Source of the DNA: Sphyrna mokarran | Taxonomy: Eukaryota | Reading direction: 5' to 3' | DNA length: 64,000 bases | Assembly: GCA_024679065.1 (NCBI GenBank) | Contig: JAGIQG010000001.1 | Span: forward strand, 98,952,001-99,016,000 | Shown: in pieces, positions 38,065-51,610 of the stretch | How positions within the stretch are numbered: the stretch's first letter is position 1 | How the letters are laid out: the number at the start of each line of letters is the position of its first letter | Program-made: the position numbers and the translations under genes | Notes under the pieces: generated by a model | What the model saw: the letters and a program-made list of their open reading frames with translations, nothing else | Database searches by the model: none | Told to the model about the DNA's origin: nothing

Positions 38065-38377
38065 ATTCTCAGAGGCTATTTCCCCGGACTGAAATGGTCG
38101 CTATGAGAGGACACAGATTTAAGGTGCAGGGAAGCAAATATAGAGGAGATGTTAAGGGTAAGTTTTTCACTCAGAGGGTGGTGAGTGAATGGAATCGGCT
38201 GCCGTCGGTGGTGGAAGAGGCGAACTTGCTGGGGTTTTTTAAAAGACTTCTGGATGAGTATATGGGAACTAATGGGATAGGGGGTTATAGATAGGTCTAT
38301 GGCTTAGTAGTATAGATGTGATTGGCGCAACTCGTGGGCCGAAGGGCCTGTTTGTGCTGTAGTGTTCTATGTTCTAT
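38065..38377 (+). mobile_element. Relatively young CR1 LINE 3' end
   Basis: ORF 38028..38294 reads RGHRFKV.G...RGDV.GKFFTQRVV..WN.LP..VEEA; tail gggccgaagggcctgtttgtgctgtagtgttctatgttctat. Confidence 0.92.
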
Positions 38378-39544
38378 AAGCCATTGTTTTCTCTTTCACA
38401 AGCTTTGTATTTCCAGATAAGCTGGTTTGCACTAGCATCAACTCTGTACTTAACACTTTAGCACTTCTATCCAAGTCAAGGCTATCAATGAAAGCAGTGC
38501 TAAATTTACAGCATTAGGTGGTCACTATCATATTCTCAAGTACTACTTTACATTGACGAATGCTGAATTATTAAACCAACCACAAGCCATAGTCTATAAA
38601 ATATCCATTAACTACAGTTAGTAAATAAGCAAATTCATATTTTCAAAAAAGGTAAGAACTTGTAATATTAACTCTTTAACAGTTCACATGATCTCAATGA
38701 TAAAGAATTACTACCAGTTCAGGAATAAAAATATTTAAATTTCTTCCAAGGCTTTTTAAACTCCGGATCTGTTTCTGCAGCACCAAAATGTCATTTTGAA
38801 GGGACAGTAAGCATGAAATGGATCATTTCCCTATCTTTGCAACAATAGACTAAACCCAATTAATACTTCAGGAAATAACTCTCTAATTTAATCTCTTCAT
38901 ACACTGACTAGTTTAATTTCAAATATCAATTAATATAAATGTTCAGTGTGGCAATAAAAGCTGTTGACAACTGGCTGCAACAAAAATGTTACTGCCCAAT
39001 GTACACAAACAGCATTGTTTCTATATCCCATCCAACAGACTGTCTTAATGAAGTGGATTACAATTCCCCTGGGTGTTCTCCTGATCTCCTGTCACAGCTT
39101 TTAGCGCAAGAGAAGTGAACATCCGAGAGGAAAAGCATAAACTGAAATTTTCAGCTATTTCCACCATATCTTCAGGTCATTCTCTGTATGCGGTAACACA
39201 AGATTTTACTGCAAAATTCCAACTTTCTCACTATCAAATGTACAACACAAATAGGGAAATTACTGACAGGTTTAAGGAAGCTATATTTCCCACAAAAATC
39301 TGCAAATGATTGCATGTAGATTTTTTTTTGAAAGAAAATCTGCAACATAACTGTTGAAGAACAAACTAGCTTTGGTATATCATCAAGAACCTTATGAATA
39401 GGCATCTTAACTATTCTTGTGTGGTTCTCCAATAATGCATCAGTGAAGGTTTTGAAAAAGCCCAGAATCTTCATGGCAAGTTCAGTGAAATTCTTATTTG
39501 GTTGCGTAATTCTGACTCTTCAACATCTATAAGAACAAATTATA

Positions 39545-39730
39545 TTTTCTCCCAGTGCTCTGTTTTCCTCCCATACTCCAAAGATATGCGGTTAGGAGGG
39601 TTCGTGGAGTAAATAATTAGTGAAGTAAATACAGAGATAAATACAGGGAAGCTCTGGCAGAGAGTCGGTGCAGACTCGCTAGGTCAAATAGCCAAATAAA
39701 AAAAATACAAAAGGCTATTTGACCTCTTGC
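39545..39730 (+). mobile_element. Partial SINE
   Basis: gtgctctgttttcctcccatactccaaagatatgcggttagg...gagtcggtgcagactcg. Confidence 0.7.
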
Positions 39731-41574
39731 CTCTTGAAACAGTAAGATGCTGCTCTGATTTCTACTTCTTCACAAGGCATAGAACTCTGCTGCATGACCA
39801 CAGACCTGGGTAACCAAATGTTTAATTTTGAGACCAGGCCAGGAGCATAGGAAAACAGTAGAAGAAAGCATGTTCCACTGTACTTTAGCTATTTCCAAAT
39901 GCACTGTCTTATTTTTGACCTATTAGATTATTTTCATCTATTCAGGGAACAATGCCTGACATCCACATCTAGTGTTTGTGGTTAGAATTAGCAAACTTGA
40001 AAGATCTACCTCACTATGCTCAAGAGCCTGAAGGAACAGATACACATTAACTCACTGAAATTCATCATAGTCCAGATCTTCCACTCTCCAGGTCTGTGGT
40101 CCTCACGAATTTATTTCCCATCCAGACATAAAGCTTTTACTCACACATTCATAGATTAGTCACATTGCCATCATCTGATATACTTTTATTCATCTTCCGT
40201 CAGTAAGCACTTTTGATTTTAAAACCAAAGAAAAATAGAACAGCTAAAAATTGGTTTATTAATATTCACAGTTCAATAATTGTTTAACCAATGGTCTGTT
40301 GTTCTGGACTCACTTTTATTTGTGTAGATCTTTTGAAACAGAGTCTCATATCCTTCATAAAATTGGCCTTTCCTTTCTATTAAAACTGGTTACGTTTACA
40401 CATTGAGCTTTTGGTGTCCGCAGCTGAGGAGCCTAATGACAAGGGCGCATAATTTAAATTTTTTTAAATTCTTCATGAGATGTGAGCATAGCTGTCATGG
40501 TCAGCATTTGTTACTCTTTCTTACTTGTCCTTGAGAAAAGATATAAGAAGCTGAATGAAATGGAATTAAGCCTGAACAGAGGAATAAAAAGCAGAAACTG
40601 ATTTTAACCTAGCCCAAAGGGACCTGTGTGCCCGCACGCGCGTGCGTGCATGTGTGTGCCAACGCGTTCCATTTCATCTTCCCCTAGCTCCATCTCTCCA
40701 CCCATCATACTTTCCATGCCAAGCTATGCCTCTTCACTCACTTCCAGCTCCTTATAGCCCCTATACCTCATGCATATAAATGACCTTGGTGCTAACTTAT
40801 GCCACACATCCTTCCACATGGTCCTTTATAGTTCCTATGCTAACTTAGTCCAATTCATTCTACCCCATGCCTCCCATGCACAATTCTTTGCCCTTACACC
40901 TTTATGTCAGCACCTAATATCTATCAGGGGCAAGCCATGCTGAGATTAAAAGAAGTTCTTAAATGTCCATTAATGAATTCACTCTATAAAAAAAAATTAC
41001 TACATTTAAGTTCCAGTAATCCTTATAAGAATAAGCATTTGTATTACTGATTCCACTTTAATGGCTTTATAAGCACATGGAGCTGTCAATCAAACTGTGA
41101 ACTGACAAGTATTCCATTGTGATAATGATAGGTTGTGAAATCAGTCATACAGAACTAATACTGCAATGCAATCCTCAGACTTATGTCAACAGAAAAAGTG
41201 AAGAAGCAAGTACTAGTTAATTTTTCAACACTGGAGAGTTTTTGTTTCAAATATTTAACGGGCAGGGGATTTCAATTCCTGGTAGACTGACAACTCCCTT
41301 TGACAGTTTCCTTGACTGTTTCAATGAGATTACCAACTTTTTAATGCATGTGCTCGTCTACTTTCAGCAATTCCAAAGAGCACCTGACTTCACCCAAAGA
41401 TGGCCCAGGAACGCATCCATAGGGAATATTACTTCTCCAACTGGGCACCATGCCTCTCCAATTGGGTATTTGTGAATCTTGGAGGTGAAAACGTTTGACT
41501 TGCTTCCATTTCACCCTCTGTAGAAATGATGAGGGCCTGGTCTTCAATGTTTCTATTGGGCCAAATGGAATCAA

Positions 41575-41900
41575 ATGTTATGGGGAGAAAGCAAGATTAG
41601 GCTATTGAGTTGGACGATCAGTCATGATCATGATGAATGGCAGAGCAGGCACGAATGGCTGAACGGCCTCCTCCCACTTCCTACCTTTCAGATTCAGGCA
41701 TCTGAAATCATTTTCGCTGTAATGGATTCCACACCTCCACTCCCTATCTGAGTCAGAATTATAAGACCTGTTCCTACATTATTAGAAGTAGGAACAGAAG
41801 TAGGCCATTCAGCCCATTAGGTCTGCTCTGCCATTCAATGAGATCATGGATTTTCTGACTTTCCCATCTTTTTCCATAACTATTAATTCCCCAACTGATT
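41575..41900. mobile_element. Two short CR1 3' ends in opposite orientation (plus about 41575-41690, minus about 41785-41900)
   Basis: gatcagtcatgatcatgatgaatggcagagcaggcacgaatggctgaacggcctcctcc and its reverse gaagtaggccattcagccc..gtctgctctgccattcaatgagatcatgg. Confidence 0.8.
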
Positions 41901-42609
41901 CAAAATCTCTCTTAGCCTTAAAGATAGGCCTGTCTTTGGCTGTCTGGGCTTCATTACTGCTGCCTTTCCCTGCCACGTACACTGTAAGTAATCTCATCCA
42001 CGTATTGCCACGTACTGAGTAAACCATATCTATTGTCTTGCAAAACACTGTCAATTTGCTGTAAGAATTTTAAATTAAAAATAATAGGAAATATGACACA
42101 AAGGAACCTCATTCTACGCTGCTACTGCTGTCTCAGGTTGTAAAAGCAACTTTTCAAATGTACCATTAATCTGTCAAGAGAAAACAATGGAAAATGAGCA
42201 GTGTTTGCTTTTAGATCAGGTAGGATGTGCTAGAATGTGGGTTCGCTGCCTCTTATGCAATCTTATTGAAAAGAAGACAGATATTGTGACAGCCACAGCT
42301 CTGCCTAATTAAACAAAACTCATGGAATATATGATGATATAATCTGTCTTAAAATTGACAAGCGGAAAACAGTCAAAAAGCTATTGTATAGTACCAGAGA
42401 TTTACAATCCCTGACCAAATTTAGTTTGCAGATCTTTTAACTGACATTAGCTGCAAGACCTTGGATGTCAATCAATAGCGAAAAGCATCCTCTCCGATAT
42501 TTCAGCATTAGGAACAGGAGACACTTATCTGTGGTTCTGACCTAAACCCCTTCGATAAATCCAAACAGCATCTGGGATGGCTGTGTCACAACATTAAATC
42601 AAAGATGCA

Positions 42610-42716
42610 AAATTAAAAACAGAAAATGCTGGAAAAATTCAGCAGGCCTTGCAGCATGTGTACAGAGAGAAACAAGGTTAAATGTTCTGAGTCCAATACG
42701 ACTCTTTTCAGAACTA
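42610..42716 (-). mobile_element. Single-arm Penelope-end element with a decayed hammerhead-like core
   Basis: aaaaacagaaaatgctggaaaaattcagcagg...gagtccaatacgactcttttcagaact; the minus strand gives CTGAAAA-GAGTC-loop-GACTC-AGAAC. Confidence 0.7.
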
Positions 42717-42759
42717 AATCTACGTACTTTTACTTGCATTGTCATTTTTGAAAAGAAGG

Positions 42760-42884
42760 GGATGGAATTTTAGAGCCTCACTCACCCCGAGACTGGAAAA
42801 TCCCGCCCAAGATCAACGGACCTTCCTATTGTCTGCCCCCGACCACACTGATTCCTGTGGTGGATGGGGCAGTAGAATTCTGGC
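42760..42884. mobile_element. Short non-autonomous TIR element (MITE-like)
   Basis: ggatggaatttta...tagaattctggc; internally similar to 48480-48605. Confidence 0.6.
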
Positions 42885-43750
42885 AAAGGTATCCAAACAG
42901 ATTGGAAAACATTCTCCCTGATTCCAATTCTCCCAGAATAGCTTGTTCAATAAACCCAAGTCCGCATGATAATTCATCAATAGTTAACCTGTACTTTACC
43001 CATGATTTCTTGGCTTATATATGTGCTTTTAGTCCTTTACTTTCCTATCACTGCTACTTATTTCATTTTGTTGAGTCACCTTAACTGAAATGTATTGAAG
43101 CTTTTAGTTTTCCAGGTTAACAAAGTAACATTTACAAAAAAGATTAAAATGCAAAGTACAAACAGTGTCTGTTGTCCTATGAAAAGATATTTGCCACATT
43201 ATTCCAGTTTGTTTACAAATACATAATGGGAAAGCTTGCATGACTTTGAAATATAGCATAACACCATTTGCATTTGATTTTATCTTGACAAAAATAATCT
43301 GAGCTCTCCATTCCCTCCCTTATCAAAATAACTTTTGTCAAAACGCTTTTGCCTAAGGCCAGTGCTTTTAACTAGAGCACTTCCTCAGTTAGAACAGCTT
43401 AGGTAAATAAAAAAACAGATCAGCCACACTGAACAATGCTGAAATTTTCAGTGAACCTTATTGGTAGTGGTAGGAGTTTATCATGGAATTATATAATGTA
43501 TCTGCAAAATTTTCTAAAATACACACATCTCTTCCATCACAGAAATAGACAAATATGATTTTATTTTTTCTGGCACAGAACACAACACAGAACAGTTTAC
43601 ATCGTTGTGCTCCTAGCATGTATGGTAGGAGCATACATTTGGATTTAAGTACAAAGGTTAGCAGAAGCTGCAGGCTTTGGAGCCCATCAATGACAGCACC
43701 TGAATTCCTGACGTATTTCCAATGCACACAATCTTGTGTTGGGATACAAC

Positions 43751-44535
43751 GGGCTATTTTATCATTTTGATTCTAAGTGCTGGGCGGACTTGAAACTGGG
43801 AGTGTTTCAGATCCGACTTTTAGATCCGTTTTCAGGCGCCCTCGTATGCAATCGTCCTGCAAAAACATCAATGATTCCGAATTATGCTGCAGAAGCCTGT
43901 GGGTGTGGTTTAACACACCCAAAATCCTGCAACTCCGATCGGCACCTCCAACTGGACAGAAAAAGAATGATAGAATGCTACTCCCCACCACATCCCTCCC
44001 AGGCCTGATAATGTCTCCCCCTGCCCCACCCACGGACATTGATCCACCCCCACAAAATGACTGACCCCCTTATCCCCCCCACTCACCCACCACCCAGACT
44101 GACCACGCCCCGCCAAAACCGCCCCACTGAATCCAGGCAGAGTGGGAATGGATCCTCCTTTCCCTCCACCGATCTCAAGCAGAGAGCCAGCGGATGTTCG
44201 GCATCTACCTCCTCATTAACTAGAGCACCCGAGTTGGACTTATACAGAGCATGTTTGTTTTGCACTGATTCTGGATGGGCAACAGGTAAAGGAGGATGAC
44301 TTTTGTGGCGGTAAAGCTGGGTGTGCAGCCCAGTAAGTCAATTTAAATGTATGCAAATGTATTTAAATGGCTGTTGTACCCATTTTGGGCCTGGTCCCAA
44401 TTGTGGCTATTTTTGGGCTTTGGTAAAGGGGAACTGACATGGATGTGGACACAGATTGCATTACTCGCCTCATACCTGATTTTACCATGTCTTCATGCCT
44501 GAAAATCGATGCAACACGGTGGTAAAATCGGGCCC
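43751..44535. mobile_element. About 0.8 kb non-autonomous DNA transposon
   Basis: Imperfect TIRs gggctattttatca and tggtaaaatcgggccc enclose a GC/CpG-rich block. Confidence 0.6.
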
Positions 44536-44859
44536 AAAATCTGATCCACTAAGTGAAAGATGCTTTAATGAGGATGGCATGCTACAGGACTAATTGCACA
44601 TTCGCAGTTTGTATTCTTACTACAGAATTCATAATTGTGTCCTGTTTATTCAAAGAACTATCTATGAATTGCCCAATGATCAATATCCTGGAAGGTCATC
44701 ACTGACCAGAAATACAACTATATCAGTCGCATCAAACAGCAAGTCAGAGTCTAGATATTCTGTGACATGAAGCTCCATTTTTAACATCTCCCCTGCCCCC
44801 TGCTCAGCCTGGTTAACAGGTTAGCAGTGAGATGGAATACTTTTCATCCCCAAGGCCTA

Positions 44860-45270
44860 AGTCGTCTATTTCATTGAGGCAGCACCTGAAATATTCACTC
44901 CCTTTACCACTACTGCACCTTAAAGCGGTGTGTGCCATCCACAAGGTGCTCAACTCAACAAGGCTTTTTTAGTAGCACTTTCCACACCTGTATCTGCTAC
45001 TGTGCAGATGAACAAGGGCAGCAGGCTCATAAGGGCATCACCACAAATTCCTCTCTAAGTTGCAACCTTTATTTGGAAATTTACTAGCATGCTTTCACTG
45101 CAACTGGATTAAAAACTCATAAACTCTCCTGAACAGCACTGTGGGTGTATGTGCCCCAGTGGATGGAAGAAGTTCTAGAAAGTAGCTCACCATAACCTTC
45201 TAAAGGGCAATTAGGAATGGGCAATAAATGTTGGTTTTGCCAGCATCTCATGAGTGAATAATAAAAGATG
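44860..45270 (+). mobile_element. Non-LTR retroelement 3' fragment
   Basis: attcactccctttacca..gtgtgtgccatccacaag...aagggcaattaggaatgggcaataaatg tail. The tail recurs reversed at 52570-52595 and 57350-57372. Confidence 0.7.
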
Positions 45271-45819
45271 AATGGGGCAATTTGAAACTTATTCTGGAAT
45301 GTAACATGCAGGCTATACAATTAAGACAAGAATGGTTATGGACTTTTGTTAAAATTGTAGTTAATTGTGATGTTCTTGGGCTAACATGAAAAATAAACAC
45401 GAGTTGGCTAGTATCAACTGGGATTGCGTCTGTAGCTTTAAGAAAGCCTGAAGTTTGGTTTAGTGTTTGAGTGCCAAGTTTGTGGTAGTATGGTCACAGT
45501 TAAATGCTTCTAGCTTAGTCAAATAATCTCATTAATCAACAACTTCTGTAACGTTGGACCACCAAGGTGATAAAAAGCAAATTAGGTGGAACTTGGCCTT
45601 TTTCATCCAGCAATTATTACATTCTGTAGTTTGCAGTAAACTTTTCAGTGCGTCATTCTTATATTTAATTGCATCAATTTTCTAAGTCTGTGCTGGCAGT
45701 GAGGAACTTTATCACTGATGTGGACATAAAATTTCAGCTAATGCATCCAAACTAATTACGCAGATTTTGTTCTGAGTATTATGATGCTGAGACAAGGAAA
45801 ATTCTGAGTTGAGAACCTG

Positions 45820-46590
45820 GAATAATGAGTGGCAGGATATTGACCACAATCTTCCTGGAATGGATTAGAAAGAAATCTAGTAGCCCCATCCAATTATGAA
45901 CAGTGACTGGGTTCCTCCATTCGCAGGTCCAATCAACTTGACCTGTGGAGAAGGCTACTGCCTGCTTTCACAGTGTGGATGATGCCTGGCCATCAACAGG
46001 AACTCAGCAGCACCACAGAAATACCTTTGGTGGAAAGAATGTGGCTGACATCAAAACAAGGCAAGTCTTGGCCAAGGCATTAGTCTCCCTGAAATGTGCA
46101 CCAGCAATGCATATTGGGCCATTGATATCAATGGGGTAGTGCTCTTGTTTCTGATTCTGTTTGTTCAGAAGCTCCCTCCAGAGATATGGGCTGAAATATG
46201 AGCCGAGGGAGAGCTCGCTGCACCCCAATGTAAATTTTGGAGGCAAGCCTGTCTCAGTTTTGCCAGTTGCTCAGTTTTACCTTTTCAGCTGACAACACTT
46301 TCATTAGTATGATGCAGGATTTCCTTTCATCTTCAGAAAGAGGCCCCCATTTAATGAAGCTTCCAGTCAATCAAAGGCCAGCAACTCTGCAGAAAACATG
46401 GAGTCTGAGAGGCACAACAGATATCATCAGCATACATGAATTTCTGAGACAAGCTTGGAGAAATATCATTGATAGAGAGATTGACAAGGAACAAGAAGAT
46501 CCTGGGGATGCCTGTTGGACGTTTCCACCAGGTGCTTGTCTCATCACCCATGAACACCCTGAACCATATATTTAGAATAACAAATAGTTC
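45820..46590 (-). mobile_element. Decayed LINE reverse-transcriptase fragment, Vingi/Ingi-like
   Basis: ORF 46351..46557 contains NLSINDISPSLSQKFMYADDICCASQ (YADD motif), followed downstream by a PK..LG...L segment. The clade assignment is from recalled motif similarity only. Confidence 0.55.
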
Positions 46591-46702
46591 AATACTTCAG
46601 TAACCCATGCAGAGAATTTGATCAAAAGGCAGTGCACTAGCCCATGTTGTGTGATCAAGAAACACAGAGCCTGGTTTTAGGTTATTTCAAAGCCATTTTT
46701 AA

Positions 46703-46975
46703 TGGCACGTTTGCACAGTGGTTAGCACTGCTGCCTCACAGCATCAGGTTTGATTCCCGGTTTGGGTCACACTCTGAGTGGAGTTTGCATATTCTCCTCA
46801 TGTTTGTGTGGGTTTCCTCTGGGTTCTCCAGTTTCCTCTGACAGTCTGAAAGATGTGCTGGTTCAGTGCATTGACCCAAACAGGTGGTAGGGTGTGGTGA
46901 TTAGGGGTATTTCACAGTAACTTCATTGCAATGTTAATGTAAGCTTTCCTTGTGACTAATAAATAAACTTTTTTT
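46703..46975 (+). mobile_element. tRNA-derived SINE
   Basis: ggcacgtttgcacagtggttagcactgctgcctcacagc..ggtttgattcccgg, V-like core and cacagtaacttcattgcaatgttaatgtaagc tail. Confidence 0.88.
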
Positions 46976-47149
46976 ACTCTTTTGAAGATGGTTAAGACAA
47001 GGACCTGATCACATGTGTTTCACACTCACTAAAAGGCCATTTGTTCAGTTCTCAAGGTTTTCTCCACCTCAGGCACTATCTGCTACAAGATGTGATCCTG
47101 TAAGAGCTTACAGCACACATAGAGCAGAGATATTGTCGGCCCTGAGTGA

Positions 47150-47325
47150 ACATCGCCAAAACAGATTATCAGGTTAACACACTGCCGTCTGTGGAAGCTT
47201 GTTGTGCACAAATTAGGCTGCTTTCACTATTACAACAGTAACCATCCTTCAAAAATACTTGATTGGCTGCAAAACACATTGGGACATCCTGAAGCCAAGA
47301 TAGGCCCTGTATTAATACACATTTT
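47150..47325 (+). mobile_element. 3' part of an old SINE with an L2-like tail (related reversed copies near 28990-29120, 49680-49950 and 58850-59130)
   Basis: acagattatc.gg..tgtggaagcttgttgtgcacaaatt.ggctg..attacaacagt..cttcaaaa..gattggctg.aaa..ttgggacatcctga. Confidence 0.6.
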
Positions 47326-48479
47326 TTCTTTTAATTTTCCCAGTGTGTTCTGACAGTTCAACTTTTAATCTTGACAATTTTTCCTAATATGCATCAACTA
47401 TGCTTTTTTTCCTAAAAACACGACGTTGATATAAGGTCTCTAAAAATATTATTGTAGGTTTGAAAAGAAGCCCACATTGTAGGTATGAATTGTCTTTGTA
47501 GTTGATTTAATGGGGAGGGTGGGTTGGGTTTTTCAGAAAGTCATCATCTAAGTCTGAAGCACCATTCTGGATTTGTTTACCTGCTTAATGTCATGGGTCA
47601 GGGTGCTTTGGCAGCAGAAACAACATCGATGAATAAAGGGAAAAGGGTGGTGATGACTTGTGGTATCCAAGGTCACTCAGCTTCTCAAAAACCACTTCCG
47701 AATGGGAAGTGGACCACCAGTGATCGACCACTGATGCACAGACCACACAAATGGGATAAAAAAAACTAACTCATTGTCAGCGTGCCCACAATCTCCTTTA
47801 ACGAACCAAATGCCTTTTGTTGGAAAGTGACACTGTTCAACAATCTACAAAAGTAAAATCAAAATTAAATAACTTCACCACAAACACTAATGAAAGAAGA
47901 CCTAGACAAATGCTACAATTCTTCTCTTTTCACTGTTTGTGAATTATTAATGGCTGCTGACCTTTTCCCTTTTTCCCTTCCCCATACAGTATCTGACATT
48001 TTGCACTCTGTCTCAACTTATAAAGCTTCCTCAACCAAAGCGACATTTCCAGGTCAGCTGCCCCATACTCTAGTCAAACATAAAGACGCTTCAACAGCTA
48101 ACAACACATTGCCAACATTCGTCTTAGTCCACTGATTACTGGAGTAGTTCAAATTAGCTGAAAAGTAGTTGGGAGTTTGAAGGTAAATTTAATATCGTAG
48201 TGGGTTGCTTATGTTGTTCAAGAAGCCAGTTCATGCAACAATATTCAGAGTTGGAGGGGAAAATTATCTCCACTTCATCTGAGTTTAATAGATGATATCA
48301 GATTGGCTGTCTCATTATATTTTGCTCCTGATTTTCAATTCTATTGACAGAATTGAAAATTGGGCAAAATGTATAACAAGTGGATTGATCCAAAATTACT
48401 CATCAAACTAATATTAAGATTCGTCCAAACCTTTCTGGTCTCTTTATATTACAGCAGTAGAGTCAATGACAGAGTCATA

Positions 48480-48605
48480 CGCTGGAATTTTACCGCCTCA
48501 CCCACCCAAAGCTCTTAAGATCCCACCCGAGACCAACAGAGAGCGCTGTTCTGTGACCCTGGCCTGCCCCAATTCCAGGGCCAGCGTACTGGTAAAATTC
48601 CAACA
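48480..48605. mobile_element. 126-bp MITE with about 14-bp TIRs and a 3-bp ATA duplication (PIF/Harbinger-like)
   Basis: gctggaattttacc ... ggtaaaattccaac, with ata at 48477-48479 and 48606-48608. Confidence 0.7.
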
Positions 48606-48609
48606 ATAG

Positions 48610-49660
48610 AATCATTGAGGTTTACAGATGGAAAAAGACCTTTTGGCCCAATATGTCCATGCTACCCAATTTTTACAGTCATTCAGCCTTCTACCATCAA
48701 TTTGTATCCTATCACTAAGCCAGTTTTGGATCCATCTCACCAGCTTTTCCTGACCCTTCAATCTTCTCAATCAGTCTCCCATGTAGGACCATGTCAAAGG
48801 CTATGCTAAAATTTATATAAGCGACATCAATTGCACTTCCCTCATCAACATACTCAATCACATTTTCAAAAACATTTATCACATTTGTTAGCCATGACCA
48901 CCCTCTGACTAAGCCATGTTGACTATCTCTAATTAACCCATTAACTTGGAACTCTAGCATTCCGTGATGTAAACGAACAATGAAGATTAATTCTCTCCTT
49001 CAGAATTTTCTCCAATTGTTTCCCCACCACTGATGTGAGACTCACCGATTTGAATTTCCTGGTTTATCTCGACCACCCTTCTTGAAAAGTGGAACCAAAT
49101 TAGCCTCTCTAGTCTTCTGGCACTTCCTCTGTGGCCAGAGAGGAATTAAATATGTGTCAGAGCCTCTGCAATTTCCTGCCTCCCTTCCCACAACACTCTG
49201 GGATGCAATTAATCCGAGCCTGGGGACTTGGCCATTTTTAAGCCCAACAGAGCCTCCAATAGCCTTGTCAAACTGTGCAAGTTCCTCACAGTCCCTTTTC
49301 CTGATTTCTTACCTATGTTCGCTTTTTCCTGAGTGAAAACCAATGAGAAGTATTAACTTGACATTCTTCAAATGTTTGTGTCTTCACAAATAGACTGCTT
49401 CATTGGTCTCTAATAGGCCCTATTCTTTCCCTGGTTAATCTCTTCCCCTTAATGTATTTATAGAATATCTTAGGATTCTTCCTAATCTTGTCTGTAAATC
49501 CTTTTACATGCTCTCCTTTTGCTCTTCTAATTGCTTTCTTAAGTTTCCTCTTGTTCCTCTAGGACTGCTTTGGACTTGGTCCCTTTGGACTTGCAAAAAG
49601 CCTTTCTCTTCTTATTCATTCAGTCTTGAATTGTCCTGGATTTCCAGGGTTTCTTATGTC
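48610..49660 (-). mobile_element. Decayed CR1 ORF2 (RT) fragment with an internal deletion
   Basis: ORF 48715..48960 reads GLIRDSQHGLVRG.S.LTN.I..FE.V...VDEGSAIDV.Y..FS.AFD.V.H.RL..KI. Confidence 0.88.
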
Positions 49661-51464
49661 ATAACTCTCAGAAACATGCAACACAAAGCTTAATCCCACA
49701 AACAATAATAAGATGATGATCAAATAATCTGTTTTTCTGTGGTGTTGTTGGCTGAGCGATAAAGATTGGCAGGACAAGGGGAAAAACTCTTGCTGCACTC
49801 TACTGAATAGTACTATAGGTTCTATCTGAGAGGATAGATTAGCTATTGAGTTAAAGTTTCATCCAACAGTACAGCATTCTCTCAGTAATGCACTGAGGTA
49901 TCAGCCTGGATTACGTGCTGAAGCCTCTGGAGTAGTACATGAAGGCATGACCTTGTGTAAGATCCCATAAAGAGGACTGGTTGATTAATCTGCTTTTTAA
50001 TTATATTGGTTGAGATACAAAAGTTGACCAGGACGCGAGGTTCAATTCTCTGCTATCCTAATAGCACTACAACATCTTTAGGATTCATCTATCTGAACTA
50101 TTGGAATAAGTAGGAGGATTTACCAAAATGTTTCGAATGTTTCATCTTATAACATAGTTTTCCCTTATTAATGACTAGGTTACATGCTTAAATCTTCAAA
50201 TAGAGCTTGAATGCACTATTTTTTGATCTAAGAGATAAGTACGCCGCAAACAAAGCCAAACTGACACATTCAGATTTCACCATTGCAGTACACAGTTACA
50301 GATATAGCATGTCAACCATATTGCCAGTAATTTTCAAAACATAAAGGTCAAATGGCTGCTTTCATTTTCAGAGCAAATATCTTATGGTAGAATAAAAACA
50401 TGGAGGTAAGTTCATCTCTGAAATTAAACAGGACAAAAACAGCACTGTTCAAAAATAACAAAATAAAATTTCATGTTTAGTGTTCTCAGCAACAAGCTAT
50501 GCTACTGATGCCTGGATGAATACTAATACTAGTTTCACCACTGCAGAGCACTTGATCTGCTCCAATGAACAAAGCTGGGAGCAGAATATTGCTATTTACT
50601 TCCATCAGAGCACATTGTAACTCAAATATATTATTATCTCGTCACAAACATATTCAAATTGGTCATAAACTGCAAACTGCTTTGCTTTTCCGAACACTGA
50701 ATGCTGCCAATTTTGCTCAGAGACCTCCCCTTGGGTGACCCCATTCCAAAACTTTCAACATGAAGTTGTCAATAACTTGTCAGCCAATGCTCTCTCCTTG
50801 GAGTCAGTGGGAATAAGCTGTGACATTTGTATCATTATCTGTTCATTTACACCATGGAATGCTGGAATTCCAGACTCAACATCAAGGTGCTGAAAGTAAC
50901 AGAAATGTAAATTTTCACTAAAGCTAAGCTTCACAGTTCTGCTGTTGCTGGCCGGTGTGCAAGACTGATACTGATCCACTCAACACAGGGATTTAATAAT
51001 TTCCCATTTAGAACAAGAGAACATCTCACCATTTAGTCATTTGATTCTCTTTGTTCCAACAACGGACTTAGAGTAAAGCTCTTCAAAGAGTGAGGATTGT
51101 TAAAAGATTCTCACTGAGCTCAATTAACAAAATCTTTCAAACATAGATATAGACGTCAACAAATGACAATCAACAGTTCTTACTATTTGCATTAAAAATT
51201 AAATCATGCCTCTTGCCTAAAATAAACATCGGCACCCTCCAGAATGTTTGTGTCAAAATGGCTTTCAAAGGGTAATCCACAAAATTTCAGTTCATAAATA
51301 TGCTGCTCAATTTGAAACTAAGGAGCAAATGTTCTTCCATTGCATGTTGGGTGCAAGGCAGCACGAGCTAGGTGCAAGGCGGTGCACACTGGGTGCATTG
51401 GTAGCGTGCGCACTGGGTGCGCAGATCACAGATGCCTCTCCTTTTATCTTGATTTCCATCTATT

Positions 51465-51610
51465 CCAAAAATGTGCGGATTAGGTTAATTGGCCACGGTA
51501 ATAGGTTAGCGGAGTAAATATGTGGGGTTACGTGATGAGCCTGGGTAAGAGTCAGTGCAGACTTGATATGCTGAATGGCCTCCTCTTACCCTGTAGGGAT
51601 TCTATTTCTG
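51465..51610 (+). mobile_element. Partial SINE 3' half
   Basis: tccaaaaatgtgcggattaggttaattggccac...gtcagtgcagacttgat..gctgaatggcctcct...ctgtagggattctat. Confidence 0.72.

Noticed and set aside
40625-40660. CpG-dense patch gtgcccgcacgcgcgtgcgtgcatgtgtgtg
   Set aside because: A short alternating purine-pyrimidine microsatellite, too small to be a CpG island.
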